A stretch of DNA of 64,000 nt, taken from an uncultured Methanosarcinaceae archaeon (GTDB taxonomy: Archaea > Halobacteriota > Methanosarcinia > Methanosarcinales > Methanosarcinaceae). The stretch covers positions 1 to 64,000 of the forward strand of contig CAVTET010000006.1 in NCBI GenBank assembly GCA_963733675.1, written 5' to 3'. The position numbers and the translations under genes are program-made. Shown here piece by piece: positions 21,899 to 33,588 of this stretch; positions within the stretch are counted from its first letter, which is position 1; every line of letters starts with the position of its first letter. The notes beneath the pieces are model-generated. The model was not told where the DNA came from, ran no database searches, and was given only the letters and a program-made list of their open reading frames with translations.

Positions 21899-22959
21899 AC
21901 TCAATCTCTTTTTCTGAATTCATATTTATTTCTCAGTTTATTGTACCTTCCAGCCAATATTTCTCAATGTTTATGATCGGTTCTGTATACATTACAATAT
22001 ACAATTATGCCCATAGTTATTTTAAATTAATTATACGAAAAATAATTTCTCAACAAAAAATAATCCCACATAAGATTTTTCGTAGTCAAAAAACAAATAA
22101 ATATTAATAATTTATTTTTTAGTATTTGTGAAGTCATCATAATCTACTATTAATGTTTTTTCTAAAGAAAAAAAACTTACCTTTCACCTATCAGTGGCCT
22201 ATCCCTTGTTTATATTTATAAGTATAAGGTTGCAGGCCTACACCTGAATTCACGTGCCTGAGAAAATAGTTAGAGATATAGTCCTCACATAGATATAATA
22301 GTGAAATCAATCCTATGGTTTTGTTATAGAAACCGTAACCAAACCGTAAACATTTACATACTGTCAAACAGAAATTCATAAATCAGATAGATATTGAATG
22401 GGTATATTCTACTCGCGGTCTTGCAAAGTCACAGAATAAATATATGTATATTATTTTAGTGAAGAAATATTATTTAATTTTCAAGCAGTAACAAACGAAA
22501 GTTGTAAACAATATAGGTAGTTATGGTAGTTGGTGCTGAACAAAATATTATCCTTCAAGAGGGATGCAGATTAATAGAATGTATCACAGTAAGAAAAATA
22601 TTAAAATAATATTCTGAGATTAAAAAAAATCTTCTGCATGGTGAACTTTGGATTGGTTGAGGGCATTAACTGTGGTTAATTGTACCACTTCCGATTAAAT
22701 TAGAAACTATGCTGAAAATCAGAGAAATCAGGAAGAAAAAGAATCATATGAAGCACATGAAAATATTTGTTTTTGAATAATTCCTTTTTATATTCAAAGC
22801 AATGGCATGAACCTACTCCATTACTTACAGTTGGATACTACACCACAATTGTGATTTATTTATGCAATCATCTAATTTATTCAATAATTTATTCAGTTAG
22901 TTGTTTATTCAGCTGGTAATTTTATTTATTAATGAATTTCATTTTTTATTCGGCAGTTT

Positions 22960-24123
22960 CTTAATTCTATTTTATGTCGGATCTATAGATGCTTTGGAAT
23001 CCTTTTCACAGGCAAACTTTATATTCTTTAATTCTTTGAGATATTTCTAAGATTCCGTAATCAGCCTCTTTAGCTTCTTTTCAGAAGTAACACCCTTTTT
23101 TCTGCATATCTATTGACTTGAGTGACTACACTTTTTTATTTGATACTGTCATTTATAACTAATAGTTTCGTAATATGAATCTCTGGGACCCTTTTTCTAT
23201 TTGAACCAAATATTAAGTGCCAACAAATTTTTTGGAAATATTGAGTGTTTAAGAGATACGAGTTCTCAATTCCATGCCTTTCTTATTGATTTGATGTCCT
23301 TTTCAGGATAAATAGGGCAATACCAACTATGTAGAAAACATCATCATTGGACTTTATATATTACGAAAATATTTTTATAACGGCCATTCTATAACTCCTT
23401 TGCCTGATGCATTGCAGGGTTAAGCCTTTGAAAATAGTTGGGAACATATATATTTGTGATTCTTTTCAAATCAAAGCACTGTCTGTTATCTTTAATGTAT
23501 TTTGCATGACCATAGAGGATTTCGATAAACGTTTGATTTTCACGATTCATATATATATTGTAAAATTTACGGATTTATCAAAATACTCCTTATTTAATTT
23601 CAATAGAGATTTGCCATCGATATTTGTGTAGTCTCCAAAAATGATAAAATCTATTGTGGCACAATGTAGAAGTTGATTCTTGATGTTGATAATTTTCATC
23701 ATTTTCAAGGTAAATTTCATGAAAAGTTGAGTAGAATTTTCTCCATAAATCTAGTTAAGTGTTCGTCCAGGAACAGTATCATTAAGATTGAAGCCCATTC
23801 AAGGATCAACTAGTCTTTCAATTGGGTGGGTTTCAAAATACTGATAATCTATGTAAAGGCTGATGTCAGTGAAACAAAGACAATTGAGAAGCATTTCTTT
23901 TACTACAGTAGAATGGGTTAATTTGTCTGCCAAAATTTGGACATTAATTAATTAATCGCTTTTTCAATTTCAAGTTCATCACAAATGCCAAAAAAGACTC
24001 AGTGATCATCAAAAGAACGTATTGCAGCAAACATAAAAAAATCCGAATCGAAATTCGATACTTTGTATATTAATCTAGTGATAAGAAAATGAATAAATTT
24101 GTTAGAAATTTGTGGAATGTCAG
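22960..24123 (-). mobile_element. IS1634-family element remnant (degenerate transposase)
   Basis: DDH..GICDELEI (DUF4277-like), LNDTVPGRTL, YGHAK and LKNIKFACEKDS. A putative end CTGACATTCC.CA lies at 24111-24123. Confidence 0.7.
23513..23592. repeat. ~90-bp TA-flanked MITE, shortened copy inserted in the IS1634 remnant
   Basis: TAGAGGATTTCGATAAAC...GATTTATCAAAATACTC; it interrupts the frame just before YGHAK. Confidence 0.7.
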
Positions 24124-24295
24124 AGTCAACAGATATAAATATTTACCCTCTAGATAAAGTATGAGATTAAAAATAGAATTATTATCCTGTGTAGCACAAT
24201 ATAGACCATCATAAGAGAATAAATAGATATACATTGTGTAAAAATTCAATAAATCTAACCGATTTCAGAATAAAGGATATTTGACTATCTGGTAC

Positions 24296-25189
24296 TTAAT
24301 TATAATTTCTTCCCTCCTCTGTTCCCATCTTTAGGATTTCTTTCAGGTACTCAATTATGTTTTCTTTCAGATTTTCGTTTTTTAGGGCAAAATTTACTAT
24401 TGCCTTTATGTAGCCTAGTCTATCTCCGGTATCGAATCGTGTTCCTTTGAACTTGCAAGCATATATATTCTGAGATTTATTCAGGAGTCTGATTCCATCT
24501 GTAAGCTGAATTTCATTTTCGAACCCTGTTCCTGCACTCCTTATACAATCAAAGATTTCAGGGGTGAAGACATAACGACCAACTGCCCCTATATTTGAAA
24601 AAGCTGTCAAAGGGGTTGGTTTTTCGATAATATCTTCAAGTACATAAATTGAATCGTCAATGGGTTTTCCTTTTATAATCCCATAACTACTCAGTTTTTC
24701 GTAAGAAACTTCTTCGACTGCGATAATAGATTTTCTATATTTTTCGAAGTTCTCAATGAGTTGGGCAGTGCAGGGTTTGTCGTTTACAATGATATCATCC
24801 CCTAGAAGCACAGCAAAAGGCTCATCTCCAATATGTTTTTCTGCTCTGAGGACTGCATCTCCAAGCCCATTTGGTTCTTTCTGACGGATATAATGGATAT
24901 CCACAAGTGAGGAAACATCCCTGACCAGTTTGAGTAGTTCAGTGTCATTTTTTTTTGTGAGATACATCTCAAGCTCAGGAGAATCGTCGAAATAATCTTC
25001 GATTGCTCTTTTACCCCGACCTGTAATAATTATGATATCTTTGATACCGGAATCAATAGCTTCCTCTACAACATACTGTATCACAGGAGTGTCAATTATT
25101 GGAAGCATTTCCTTAGGCATTGACTTGGTGGCGGGGAGGAATCTGGTTCCAAAGCCAGCTGCTGGAATAATTGCTTTTTTAACTCTCAA
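24296..25189 (-). CDS. galU: UTP--glucose-1-phosphate uridylyltransferase
   Basis: KAIIPAAGFGTRFLPATK..PKEMLPI, RQKEPNGLGDAV and EIQLTD. Confidence 0.95.
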   Translation of the reverse strand: MRVKKAIIPAAGFGTRFLPATKSMPKEMLPIIDTPVIQYVVEEAIDSGIKDIIIITGRGKRAIEDYFDDSPELEMYLTKKNDTELLKLVRDVSSLVDIHYIRQKEPNGLGDAVLRAEKHIGDEPFAVLLGDDIIVNDKPCTAQLIENFEKYRKSIIAVEEVSYEKLSSYGIIKGKPIDDSIYVLEDIIEKPTPLTAFSNIGAVGRYVFTPEIFDCIRSAGTGFENEIQLTDGIRLLNKSQNIYACKFKGTRFDTGDRLGYIKAIVNFALKNENLKENIIEYLKEILKMGTEEGRNYN

Positions 25190-25247
25190 AATGAACCCTC
25201 AGATAAAAAGGAAATTATGTGAAACGATTATTCTTCGAGCTGATTTA

Positions 25248-25457
25248 AGAGAATTTCGATAAACCTTTGATTTACATGAGTCATTAATATACTACTTATA
25301 AGCATATGAATAAATATAGAGATTTATCTAAATTTTCTCAAAGGAATTTTTTATCCTTAACATCTAGAGGATTTAGATAAACCCCTATATTTATTCATAT
25401 GCTTATAAGTAGTATATTAATGACTCATGTAAATCAAAGGTTTATCGAAATTCTCTA
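25248..25457. repeat. Two inverted ~91-bp MITE copies (25248-25338, 25365-25457) forming a ~210-bp hairpin
   Basis: The arms are reverse complements with about 4 mismatches and a ~27-bp spacer. Confidence 0.92.
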
Positions 25458-25459
25458 TC

Positions 25460-26007
25460 GAAAGCCTTTCGCAAAATGTTCGTGATAAAGGTATTCTGAT
25501 AAGATGGACCATGGACTGAAAAATATCTCGAATCACTACATTCAAGCTTCAAATATGTCTTAAATCTATAGATCACCTGGCAATGAAATCGGAGCTTTGG
25601 AGAAATAAAGTTTTAATTATTTTCATGAAAAGTGTAGACTGGAAATGAGTATTTTAATGTCAGTTCCTAGTATTGGATAAATTGGTGCACAACTTTAATT
25701 GCTGAAATAGGCAATAGCAAGAATTCTTCTTCAGGGAATAAGCTTGCTCCTTAGATTGAAATGGTTCCATATGGAGATCAATCTGAGGATAAATTTTACA
25801 ACTGTAAATGTCTAACAAGTGAATCAAAGAAAGCAAGGTGGAGCCTAACCCAAATTACTCATAAATCAGCAGGAAAGAAGAGTAGCAATTTAAAAGAGTT
25901 GTTTAATCGTAAGAAAAAAAATCAATAGACCTGAAAGACAATTAATTGCATCGAAAAGGAGAATTGACACAATAATACAACATATGATTACAGATGACAA
26001 GATCTAC
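25460..26007 (+). mobile_element. IS110-family transposase remnant
   Basis: Fragments LQICLKSIDHL, ILMSVPSIG*IGA, TLIAEIGN...SGNKLA and ARWSLTQ. It has many stops and is interrupted by the IS6 element. Confidence 0.75.
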
Positions 26008-26861
26008 GGTTCCGTTGCAAAAATCCTTTCTAATGATACAATAGAATGAAACGAAAACCAAAGATAGTAATATGCTATCTCATTCCTTTAAATGGAAGCA
26101 TTATGAAGGAGAAATTATCCTCTTGAATGTAAGATGGTACTTAAAATATCCATTGAGCTATAGAAATTTAAAGGAAATGATGATAGAAAGAGGAATTCAA
26201 GTTGATCACAGTACTATAATGAGATGGGTACATCAATATTCCCCTGAACTAGAAAAGAAGATAAGAAGACATTTAAGACTAACAAACTATTCGTGGAAAG
26301 TTGATGAAACCTATATCAAAATTAAAGGTAAATGGAAATATCTTTACCGAGCAGTTGACTCAAATGGAGATACAATTGATTTCATGTTAAGTGCAAAACG
26401 AAATCGAAATGCAGCGAAGAGATTTTTTAAGAAAGCTTTGAGTTCTAATCATAATCAAATTCCAAGAGTAATAACAGTTGATAAGAATCCAGCTTATCCA
26501 CCTGCTATAGGTAAACTGAAAAATGATAAAATACTACCTAAAAACGTAGGCATTCGACAAATCAAGTATTTGAATAACATTATAGAACAAGATCACAGAT
26601 CTATAAAGCGAATCGTTAATCCAATGTTAGGATTTCAGTCTTTTCAATCTGCTAATAAGACTTTAAAAGGAATTGAAGCTATGAATATGATCAAAAAAGA
26701 TAAGTAAATGATTTAAATTACTCTGTTCTTAATGAAGTCAAATACATTAATCAATTGTTTGGTATAGTTTTATAATGTTAGTGCATTTTCTTTGAATATT
26801 CTGATTTTTATTCATTACCTATAGATTTACATATTTTTTTTGAATTTTTTGCAACGGAACC
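26008..26861 (+). mobile_element. IS6-family insertion sequence (854 bp)
   Basis: Terminal inverted repeats GGTTCCGTTGCAAAAA at both ends enclose an IS6 transposase. No target duplication is visible. Confidence 0.95.
26072..26707 (+). CDS. IS6-family DDE transposase (frameshift near the C-terminus; the natural end is at ~26774)
   Basis: FKWKHY..EIILLNVRWYL.YPLSYR, WKVDETY, YLYRAVD, TVDK and NNIIEQDHR. The tail VKYINQLFG is in another frame. Confidence 0.93.
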   Translation: MLSHSFKWKHYEGEIILLNVRWYLKYPLSYRNLKEMMIERGIQVDHSTIMRWVHQYSPELEKKIRRHLRLTNYSWKVDETYIKIKGKWKYLYRAVDSNGDTIDFMLSAKRNRNAAKRFFKKALSSNHNQIPRVITVDKNPAYPPAIGKLKNDKILPKNVGIRQIKYLNNIIEQDHRSIKRIVNPMLGFQSFQSANKTLKGIEAMNMIKKDK

Positions 26862-27042
26862 GAAAAAACTGAAAGAAAGGAGAAAGCTTTTTTTGTGTTT
26901 ATTCTTCCCATGTTTATTCAACGGCAAATGACTTAGATATAAATAATTATATTTATGACTAGATTTTACTATATAAATAAGATTAGTATTGTTTCGATTA
27001 CTATAATTATTATAATATTGGTATTCCCTCATAAGCTTACCG

Positions 27043-27132
27043 AGAGGATTTCGATAAATCTCTGATTTTCGCGAGTCGTTTATATAGCCTTTATATGCCT
27101 ACGACAAAATTTAGGGTCTATCTAAATTTTTT
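27043..27132. repeat. ~90-bp MITE copy upstream of cimA
   Basis: AGAGGATTTCGATAAATC...GGGTCTATCTAAATTTT. Confidence 0.75.
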
Positions 27133-27357
27133 TTGGTCAACTAAAAACCGAAAGCACTATGGTACATATGTTTAAGATGAGTTCTTAAAGATTCCTACAT
27201 AATTTTTCGGAAAAGCTAAGTTTCTGAGAAAAGATATATGTAATATGTGATAATAAAATGGCCTCTGTGGAAGAGGATCAAATACTATATCAAATCAATT
27301 ATATTATTTTTCCATCTTGCATAATAAATTTATCGCAAATAAATTCAAAATTGAGGG

Positions 27358-28845
27358 ATTATATTATTCGAAAACATCCAATTTCTGGATACCACTTTGA
27401 GAGATGGTGAACAAACACCTGGAGTAGCACTTACAAGGGAGAAGAAGCTCTTAATTGCTCGGGCCCTTGATGATATGGGAATATCGGTCATTGAAGCAGG
27501 TTCTGCGATCACTTCCACAGGTGAGAGAGAATCTATTAAGGCTGTCGCAAACGAAGGACTGAATGCCGAAATTTGCAGCTACTGCAGAATTGTAAAGATG
27601 GACGTTGACTATGCTCTGGAATGTGACGTTGACTCCATCCACCTAGTAGTGCCAGTTTCGGATCTACATATAAGGACGAAGATCAAAAAGGATCGAGATG
27701 CGGTAAGGCAGATAGCTGTAGAAGTAACTGAGTATGCCAAAGACCATGGACTTGTTGTGGAACTGAGTGGAGAAGATGCTTCACGAGCAGATCTTAAATT
27801 CTTAAAAGCTCTGTATGAAGACGGGATAGATGCAGGCACCGATAGGTTATGTTTCTGCGATACTGTAGGTCTTCTGGTGCCTGAAAGAACTGGCGAAATT
27901 TTCCGAGACTTGTCTTCTTCGCTTAAAGCGCCTCTAAGCATTCACTGCCACAATGATTTTGGTTTAGCAACTGCAAACACCGTTGCTGCCCTTGCTGCAG
28001 GGGCAAAGCAGGCCCATGTAACGGTAAACGGTATAGGGGAAAGAGCCGGAAATGCATCTATGGAAGAAGTGGTCATGAGTCTGGAATGGCTCTACAAATA
28101 TAATACAGGTATCAAACATGAGATGATCTATAGGACTTCAAGGCTTGTAAGCCGTCTTACAGGAGTTCCTGTGTCTCCTAATAAAGCTCTTGTAGGCGGG
28201 AATGCATTTACACATGAAGCAGGCATTCACGTCCATGGTCTCATCGCCGACAAATCAACCTACGAGCCCATGAACCCCGAATATATCGGACGACAGCGCC
28301 AGATAGTACTCGGAAAACATGCCGGTCGAAGCTCTATTATCCTTGCTTTAAAGGAAATGGGTCTTGAGGCTGATGAAGTACAGATAGAAGAAATTTTCAA
28401 CAGAGTCAAACAGCTGGGTGACCAGGGAAAACACATAACTGATGCTGATTTACAAACTATCGCGGAAATCGTACTTGATATTTATAGGGAGCCCCTTATT
28501 AAATTAGAAGAGTTTACTATTGTATCCGGAAACCAGGTGACTCCAACTGCTTCAATAAAACTTAAAGTAAAGAATAAAATCATTGTAGAGGCTGGAATCG
28601 GGAACGGACCTGTAGACGCTGTAATCAACTCCATACGAAAAGCTGTAAGTTCCTGTGCTGAAGATATTATCCTCGAAGAATATCATGTGGACTCCATCAC
28701 TGGCGGAACCGATGCCCTTGTGGAAGTAAGGGTAAAACTTTCCAAGAATGGGAAGATGATCACTGCAAGCGGAGCCAGAACGGATATAATCATGGCCTCT
28801 GTGGAGGCTGTAATGAATGGCATGAACCGCCTTATCCATGTCTAG
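27358..28845 (+). CDS. cimA: (R)-citramalate synthase / 2-isopropylmalate synthase family (the ORF track starts at 27397; the true start is probably upstream)
   Basis: FLDTTLRDGEQ, HCHNDFG, GIGERAGN, HEAGIH and a C-terminal regulatory domain (GNGPVDA); precedes ilvBHC. Confidence 0.85.
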   Translation: MILFENIQFLDTTLRDGEQTPGVALTREKKLLIARALDDMGISVIEAGSAITSTGERESIKAVANEGLNAEICSYCRIVKMDVDYALECDVDSIHLVVPVSDLHIRTKIKKDRDAVRQIAVEVTEYAKDHGLVVELSGEDASRADLKFLKALYEDGIDAGTDRLCFCDTVGLLVPERTGEIFRDLSSSLKAPLSIHCHNDFGLATANTVAALAAGAKQAHVTVNGIGERAGNASMEEVVMSLEWLYKYNTGIKHEMIYRTSRLVSRLTGVPVSPNKALVGGNAFTHEAGIHVHGLIADKSTYEPMNPEYIGRQRQIVLGKHAGRSSIILALKEMGLEADEVQIEEIFNRVKQLGDQGKHITDADLQTIAEIVLDIYREPLIKLEEFTIVSGNQVTPTASIKLKVKNKIIVEAGIGNGPVDAVINSIRKAVSSCAEDIILEEYHVDSITGGTDALVEVRVKLSKNGKMITASGARTDIIMASVEAVMNGMNRLIHV

Positions 28846-29136
28846 TGAATTGCAGACAAAATGGAGCCTAAAAATTTCTTATGGGGGCTGTTACATTTCC
28901 TCTTTTTCCTGCTATAGAAATTTTTAGAATAATGAACTCATATTTTGTTAGAGCAAGATGGAGCTAGCATTCATATATAACATGATTGATTATGATGTAT
29001 TTGCAAAATTCAAAACAAAAGATAGTGACTGGGAGATAAAAAAGTATTTTTGGTAAATATACCCTCAATTGAAAAGTACTCACTTTCTAGATCATCAAGT
29101 CAAGTTACATTTTAAAAATATACAAAGGAGTTTACA

Positions 29137-30831
29137 ATGACAACCGGGTCAGCAGAAAAAGTTAATGGTGCAAAGGCTCTGATAAAATGCATGGAAAAAG
29201 AAGGGGTTGACATCCTATTTGGATATCCAGGAGGGCAGATAATCCCCTTCTATAATGAACTTTATGATTCAAACATGCGCCACATACTTGTACGACACGA
29301 ACAGGCAGCAGCTCATGCTGCGGATGGGTATGCTCGTGCTACTGGAAAGACCGGGGTTTGCGTTTCAACCTCAGGTCCGGGAGCAACTAATCTGGTAACG
29401 GGCATTGCTACTGCATATATGGACTCAGTACCGATTGTAGCCTTAACAGGCCAGGTTCCAACTTCCATGATCGGTAATGACGCTTTCCAGGAAGCAGACA
29501 TTACGGGAATTACACAGCCTGTTACTAAACACAACTATCTCGTACAGGATGCAAAAGAACTCCCAAGGATCATAAAGGAAGCATTTCATATCGCTTCGAC
29601 CGGAAGGCCTGGTCCGGTATTAATTGATATTCCAAAGGACGTCCAAAACACGGAAATTGATTTTTATTATCCTGAAAAGGTAGAAATGAGAGGATATAAG
29701 CCTACTTACAAGGGAAATATTCAGCAAATCAAACGCGCTGCTGAGGAAATTTTAAATTCCTCAATGCCCATAATTTTCGCAGGTGGGGGAGTGATCAGTT
29801 CCAATTCCAGCTGTGAACTTGTGGAGTTGGCCGAAACTATAAATGCTCCTGTTACGACCACACTTATGGGAATAAGTTCAATCCCAACAGACCATCCTCT
29901 ATATGTCGGGATGCTGGGAATGCACGGAAGCAAATACGCTAACTATGCAATTCAGGAATCCGATCTTATTATTGCTGTGGGTGCAAGATTTGATGACCGG
30001 GTGACTGGTAAGCTCGAATCCTTTGCTCCAAATGCAAGAGTTATCCATATTGATGTTGACCCTGCTGAGATCTCAAAAAACGTGAAGGTTCATATTCCAA
30101 TTGTCGGGGATGCAAAGCAGGTACTAAAGTCACTGAATAAATATGTTAAGCGCTGCAACTCAGGAGCTTGGATTGAAAAGATAAACAAGTGGAAGAAGGA
30201 GTATCCCCTTGCCTATAAGCAGATGTCACCAGACGTTGTGATGCCTCAGTTTGTTATCGAGCAAATATCCAGAGTCTGTAATGATGCAATCATAGTTACT
30301 GAAGTTGGGCAGCACCAGATGTGGGCGGCTCAGTACTTCAATTACAGAAAGCCTCGCACCTTCATTACATCAGGTGGCCTGGGCACAATGGGATATGGAT
30401 TTCCTGCAGCCATGGGGGCCAAAGTTGGCAGGCCTGATAAAACTGTTATTGACATCGCAGGAGACGGCTCTTTTCAGATGAACTCTCAGGAACTTGCAAC
30501 TGTGGTTCAGAATGAAATCCCTGTTGTTGTCGTGATCCTGAATAATGGTTATCTGGGCATGGTCAGGCAGTGGCAGGAACTCTTCTATGAAAGACGGTAT
30601 TCCTGCACTTTCATCAAAGGAAGTGTCGATTTTGTGAAGCTGGCTGAAGCTTACGGAGCCCTTGGATTGCGCGCAGAAAGACCATCAGAAGTTGGGCCTG
30701 CAATTGAGGAAGCAGTCAGGTCAGGTAGGCCTACTGTTGTGGATGTGATAGTTGAGTGCGAGGCAAATGTTTATCCTATGGTACCTGCAGGGGCTGCAAT
30801 AAATGAGATACTTGACCAGGGGGAACACTGA
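29137..30831 (+). CDS. ilvB: Acetolactate synthase large subunit
   Basis: [18 protein letters not shown] and the [11 protein letters not shown]-binding motif. Confidence 0.96.
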   Translation: MTTGSAEKVNGAKALIKCMEKEGVDILFGYPGGQIIPFYNELYDSNMRHILVRHEQAAAHAADGYARATGKTGVCVSTSGPGATNLVTGIATAYMDSVPIVALTGQVPTSMIGNDAFQEADITGITQPVTKHNYLVQDAKELPRIIKEAFHIASTGRPGPVLIDIPKDVQNTEIDFYYPEKVEMRGYKPTYKGNIQQIKRAAEEILNSSMPIIFAGGGVISSNSSCELVELAETINAPVTTTLMGISSIPTDHPLYVGMLGMHGSKYANYAIQESDLIIAVGARFDDRVTGKLESFAPNARVIHIDVDPAEISKNVKVHIPIVGDAKQVLKSLNKYVKRCNSGAWIEKINKWKKEYPLAYKQMSPDVVMPQFVIEQISRVCNDAIIVTEVGQHQMWAAQYFNYRKPRTFITSGGLGTMGYGFPAAMGAKVGRPDKTVIDIAGDGSFQMNSQELATVVQNEIPVVVVILNNGYLGMVRQWQELFYERRYSCTFIKGSVDFVKLAEAYGALGLRAERPSEVGPAIEEAVRSGRPTVVDVIVECEANVYPMVPAGAAINEILDQGEH

Positions 30832-31316
30832 TGAAACACACACTTGCAGTTCTTGTGGAAAATAAGTCAGGAGTTCTCTCCAGAGTGGCTTCACTTTTCT
30901 CCAGGCGTGGATACAATATTGACAGCCTAGCGGTGGGGGTTACTGAAGACTCCGATATTTCTAGAATAACAATTGTTGTTCATGGAGACGACCATGTCCT
31001 TGAACAGGTTACAAAACAGCTGAATAAGCTAGTAGACGTGATCAAAGTTTTGGATATCGGAGGAGAGGACACTGTCGAAAGGGAACTTGTTCTCATCAAA
31101 GTTACAGCTGATGTAGATACAAGAGCTGAAATTATACAGATTGCAGATATATTCAGGGCAAGGATAGTGGATGTGGCCTCCAAGTCAATGATTGTTGAAG
31201 TAACTGGAGATGAAAGCAAGGTTCAGGCAATCGAAAAACTCCTCCGCCAATTTGGGATAAAAGAAATGGTTAGAACAGGCAAGATTGCCCTTATCCGCAG
31301 CCCAAAGAAAGATTAA
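30831..31316 (+). CDS. ilvH: Acetolactate synthase small subunit
   Basis: ACT domain [26 protein letters not shown]; TGATG overlap with ilvB. Confidence 0.95.
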   Translation: MKHTLAVLVENKSGVLSRVASLFSRRGYNIDSLAVGVTEDSDISRITIVVHGDDHVLEQVTKQLNKLVDVIKVLDIGGEDTVERELVLIKVTADVDTRAEIIQIADIFRARIVDVASKSMIVEVTGDESKVQAIEKLLRQFGIKEMVRTGKIALIRSPKKD

Positions 31317-31530
31317 ATATCAAGGGCAAGTAAAGTAGTTAGCTGCACAATTATTTCTCAAAGATTAAGGCAGCCTGAAGCCTTTTAATTCCCTGAAAAT
31401 CTTCACTAATGGCAGGCATGGATTTTCAGGCCTATCTTGAAGCTTCAAAATGCTACCTTTACCAACAGAAAGAAACTTTTAATCAGCTTAAATCAATTTA
31501 ATTTCAGGAAAGTTGATGCGTTATATATGG

Positions 31531-31621
31531 AGAAGATTTCGATAAACTTCTGATTATCACGAATCATTAATATACTATTTATAAGTATATGACAAAATTT
31601 AGAGGTTTATCGAAATTATCT
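31531..31621. repeat. ~90-bp MITE copy upstream of ilvC
   Basis: AGAAGATTTCGATAAACTTC...AGAGGTTTATCGAAATTATCT. Confidence 0.8.
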
Positions 31622-31690
31622 CGAATATATCCCAAAATAATATGAGGACTTCTGTTCAAAAATCAAATAATTTTTCAGGGGAATCAAGCA

Positions 31691-32698
31691 ATGGTAAAGA
31701 TAATTAAAGATAATGAAACCACTTTTGATGCGCTCAAAGATAAACTCATCTCAGTAATAGGTTTTGGAAGCCAGGGCCACGCTCACGCACGAAACCTCCA
31801 AGAGTCCGGCCTCAATGTTCTTGTTGGACTCAGGAAAGGCAGTCCCAGCTGGGTAAAAGCCGAAGGTGATGGCCTTAAGGTAATGACTGTGGCTGAAGCT
31901 GCAAAAGCTGCAGACGTCATCATGATACTGCTCCCGGATGAAAAGCAGGCTTTAGTCTACTACTCCGAAATTGAGCCCAACCTGAAAGCTGGAGACGCAC
32001 TGGCTTTTGCCCACGGCTTCAACATTCACTATAACCAGATCGTGCCCCCTAAAAATGTGGATGTTTTCATGGTTGCTCCCAAAGGTCCAGGTCATATTGT
32101 AAGAAGGACCTACACAGAAGGTATAGGAGTCCCAGGCCTTATTGCAGTCTACCAGGACGCAACCGGAAGAGCGAGGGATCTTGCTCTTTCCTACGCCAAA
32201 GGTATTGGTGCAACCAGGGCAGGCGTTTACGAGACAACCTTCCGTGAGGAAACAGAAACCGATCTTTTTGGAGAACAGGTGGATCTCTGCGGAGGGCTAT
32301 CAGCGCTTATCAAGACAGCTTTTGAAGTGCTTGTAGAAGCAGGCTATCAGCCTGAAATGGCTTATTTTGAGACCTGTCATGAAGTCAAGCTAATAGTAGA
32401 CCTCATCTACGAAGGGGGACTTGAGAGAATGTGGCACTCTGTTTCCAACACTGCAGAATACGGGGGCATGACAGTCGGGCCTAAGATAATCAATGAGCAC
32501 TCACGCGAAGCTATGTGCAAAGCGCTCGAAAGAATTCAGAACGGCAAATTTGCCAAAGAATTCATTCTTGAAGGCATGGTCAATCATCCTGTGCTCAAAG
32601 CTATGGAACGCCAGGAAAAGGAGCACCAGCTCGAAATTGTTGGGAAGCAAGTCCGGGAATGTATCCCCTGGCTCAACAAAAAAATTGACGATGATTGA
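31691..32698 (+). CDS. ilvC: Ketol-acid reductoisomerase
   Basis: [22 protein letters not shown] and ETDLFGEQ. Confidence 0.97.
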   Translation: MVKIIKDNETTFDALKDKLISVIGFGSQGHAHARNLQESGLNVLVGLRKGSPSWVKAEGDGLKVMTVAEAAKAADVIMILLPDEKQALVYYSEIEPNLKAGDALAFAHGFNIHYNQIVPPKNVDVFMVAPKGPGHIVRRTYTEGIGVPGLIAVYQDATGRARDLALSYAKGIGATRAGVYETTFREETETDLFGEQVDLCGGLSALIKTAFEVLVEAGYQPEMAYFETCHEVKLIVDLIYEGGLERMWHSVSNTAEYGGMTVGPKIINEHSREAMCKALERIQNGKFAKEFILEGMVNHPVLKAMERQEKEHQLEIVGKQVRECIPWLNKKIDDD

Positions 32699-32768
32699 TC
32701 ATACTCCATTAACCGTCTTTGAACATAAAGTTCATAAACCTAAAATAAAAAAATAACTTAAAGGGAAA

Positions 32769-33314
32769 ATGATGCCAAAAAAGGGAGAAAGTAAAGTTAT
32801 TGACACTATCCTTAATAGACGAAGTGTCCGGGAGTTTATGGATAAACCCATCAGCAAAGAAGATATCAACACAATACTAAATGCAGGGCACTGGGCTCCG
32901 TCCGGGTTGAACAATCAGCCCTGGCGTTTTATTGTTATACGAAACCAGGAAACTATTCAGAGAATCTCGGAATGCACTCATTATTCCGGTATCGTAGCAG
33001 GGGCTCCCCTGCTTATTGCAACTTTTCTGGACACCGAAAATTCCTACAACAGGACAAAGGATATAGAGGCTATAGGGGCTGCAATCCAGAATATGCTCCT
33101 TACGTGCTGTGAATTGGGCCTTGGCGGAGTCTGGCTTGGAGAAATTCTGAATAAAAAAGAGAAAATAAATTTTATTCTTGAATGCCCTTCAAATCTTGAG
33201 CTGATGTCAGCTCTCGCAATCGGAGAACCGATTCCAAAGGAAAGGACTTCAACACGCAAAGCTCTTAATGAAATTGCATTTGATGAAAAGTATGGAACGA
33301 GATGGGAAGAATAA
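32769..33314 (+). CDS. Nitroreductase family protein
   Basis: RRSVREF, APSGLNNQPWRF and QNMLL...LGLGGVW. Confidence 0.92.
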   Translation: MMPKKGESKVIDTILNRRSVREFMDKPISKEDINTILNAGHWAPSGLNNQPWRFIVIRNQETIQRISECTHYSGIVAGAPLLIATFLDTENSYNRTKDIEAIGAAIQNMLLTCCELGLGGVWLGEILNKKEKINFILECPSNLELMSALAIGEPIPKERTSTRKALNEIAFDEKYGTRWEE

Positions 33315-33516
33315 ATCATGCTATAGACGGCTGAAACATATGTGAGTAACTGGGGGAATTCCCAGGCTAAGCTCCGGGAAGATTTTCTGTTTTAACTACA
33401 TTCCATGAAAATACATTATTCCATTAAGGATTAAATTTATAAGCCATTTAACATTATAACCAGCTAATTGAATGCAGCTTGTCTGTCGTTAACTTGTTCG
33501 AACTTTTTCACAATGA

Positions 33517-33588
33517 AGGTCTGTGGTGTAGAGGATATCACTGGAGCTTCCGAAGCTCTGAACCTGGGTTCGATTCCCAGCAGACCTG
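33517..33588 (+). tRNA. tRNA-Arg (CCG)
   Basis: Acceptor AGGTCTG/CAGACCT, anticodon arm GGAGC-TTCCGAA-GCTCT and T arm CTGGG-TTCGATT-CCCAG. Confidence 0.93.
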
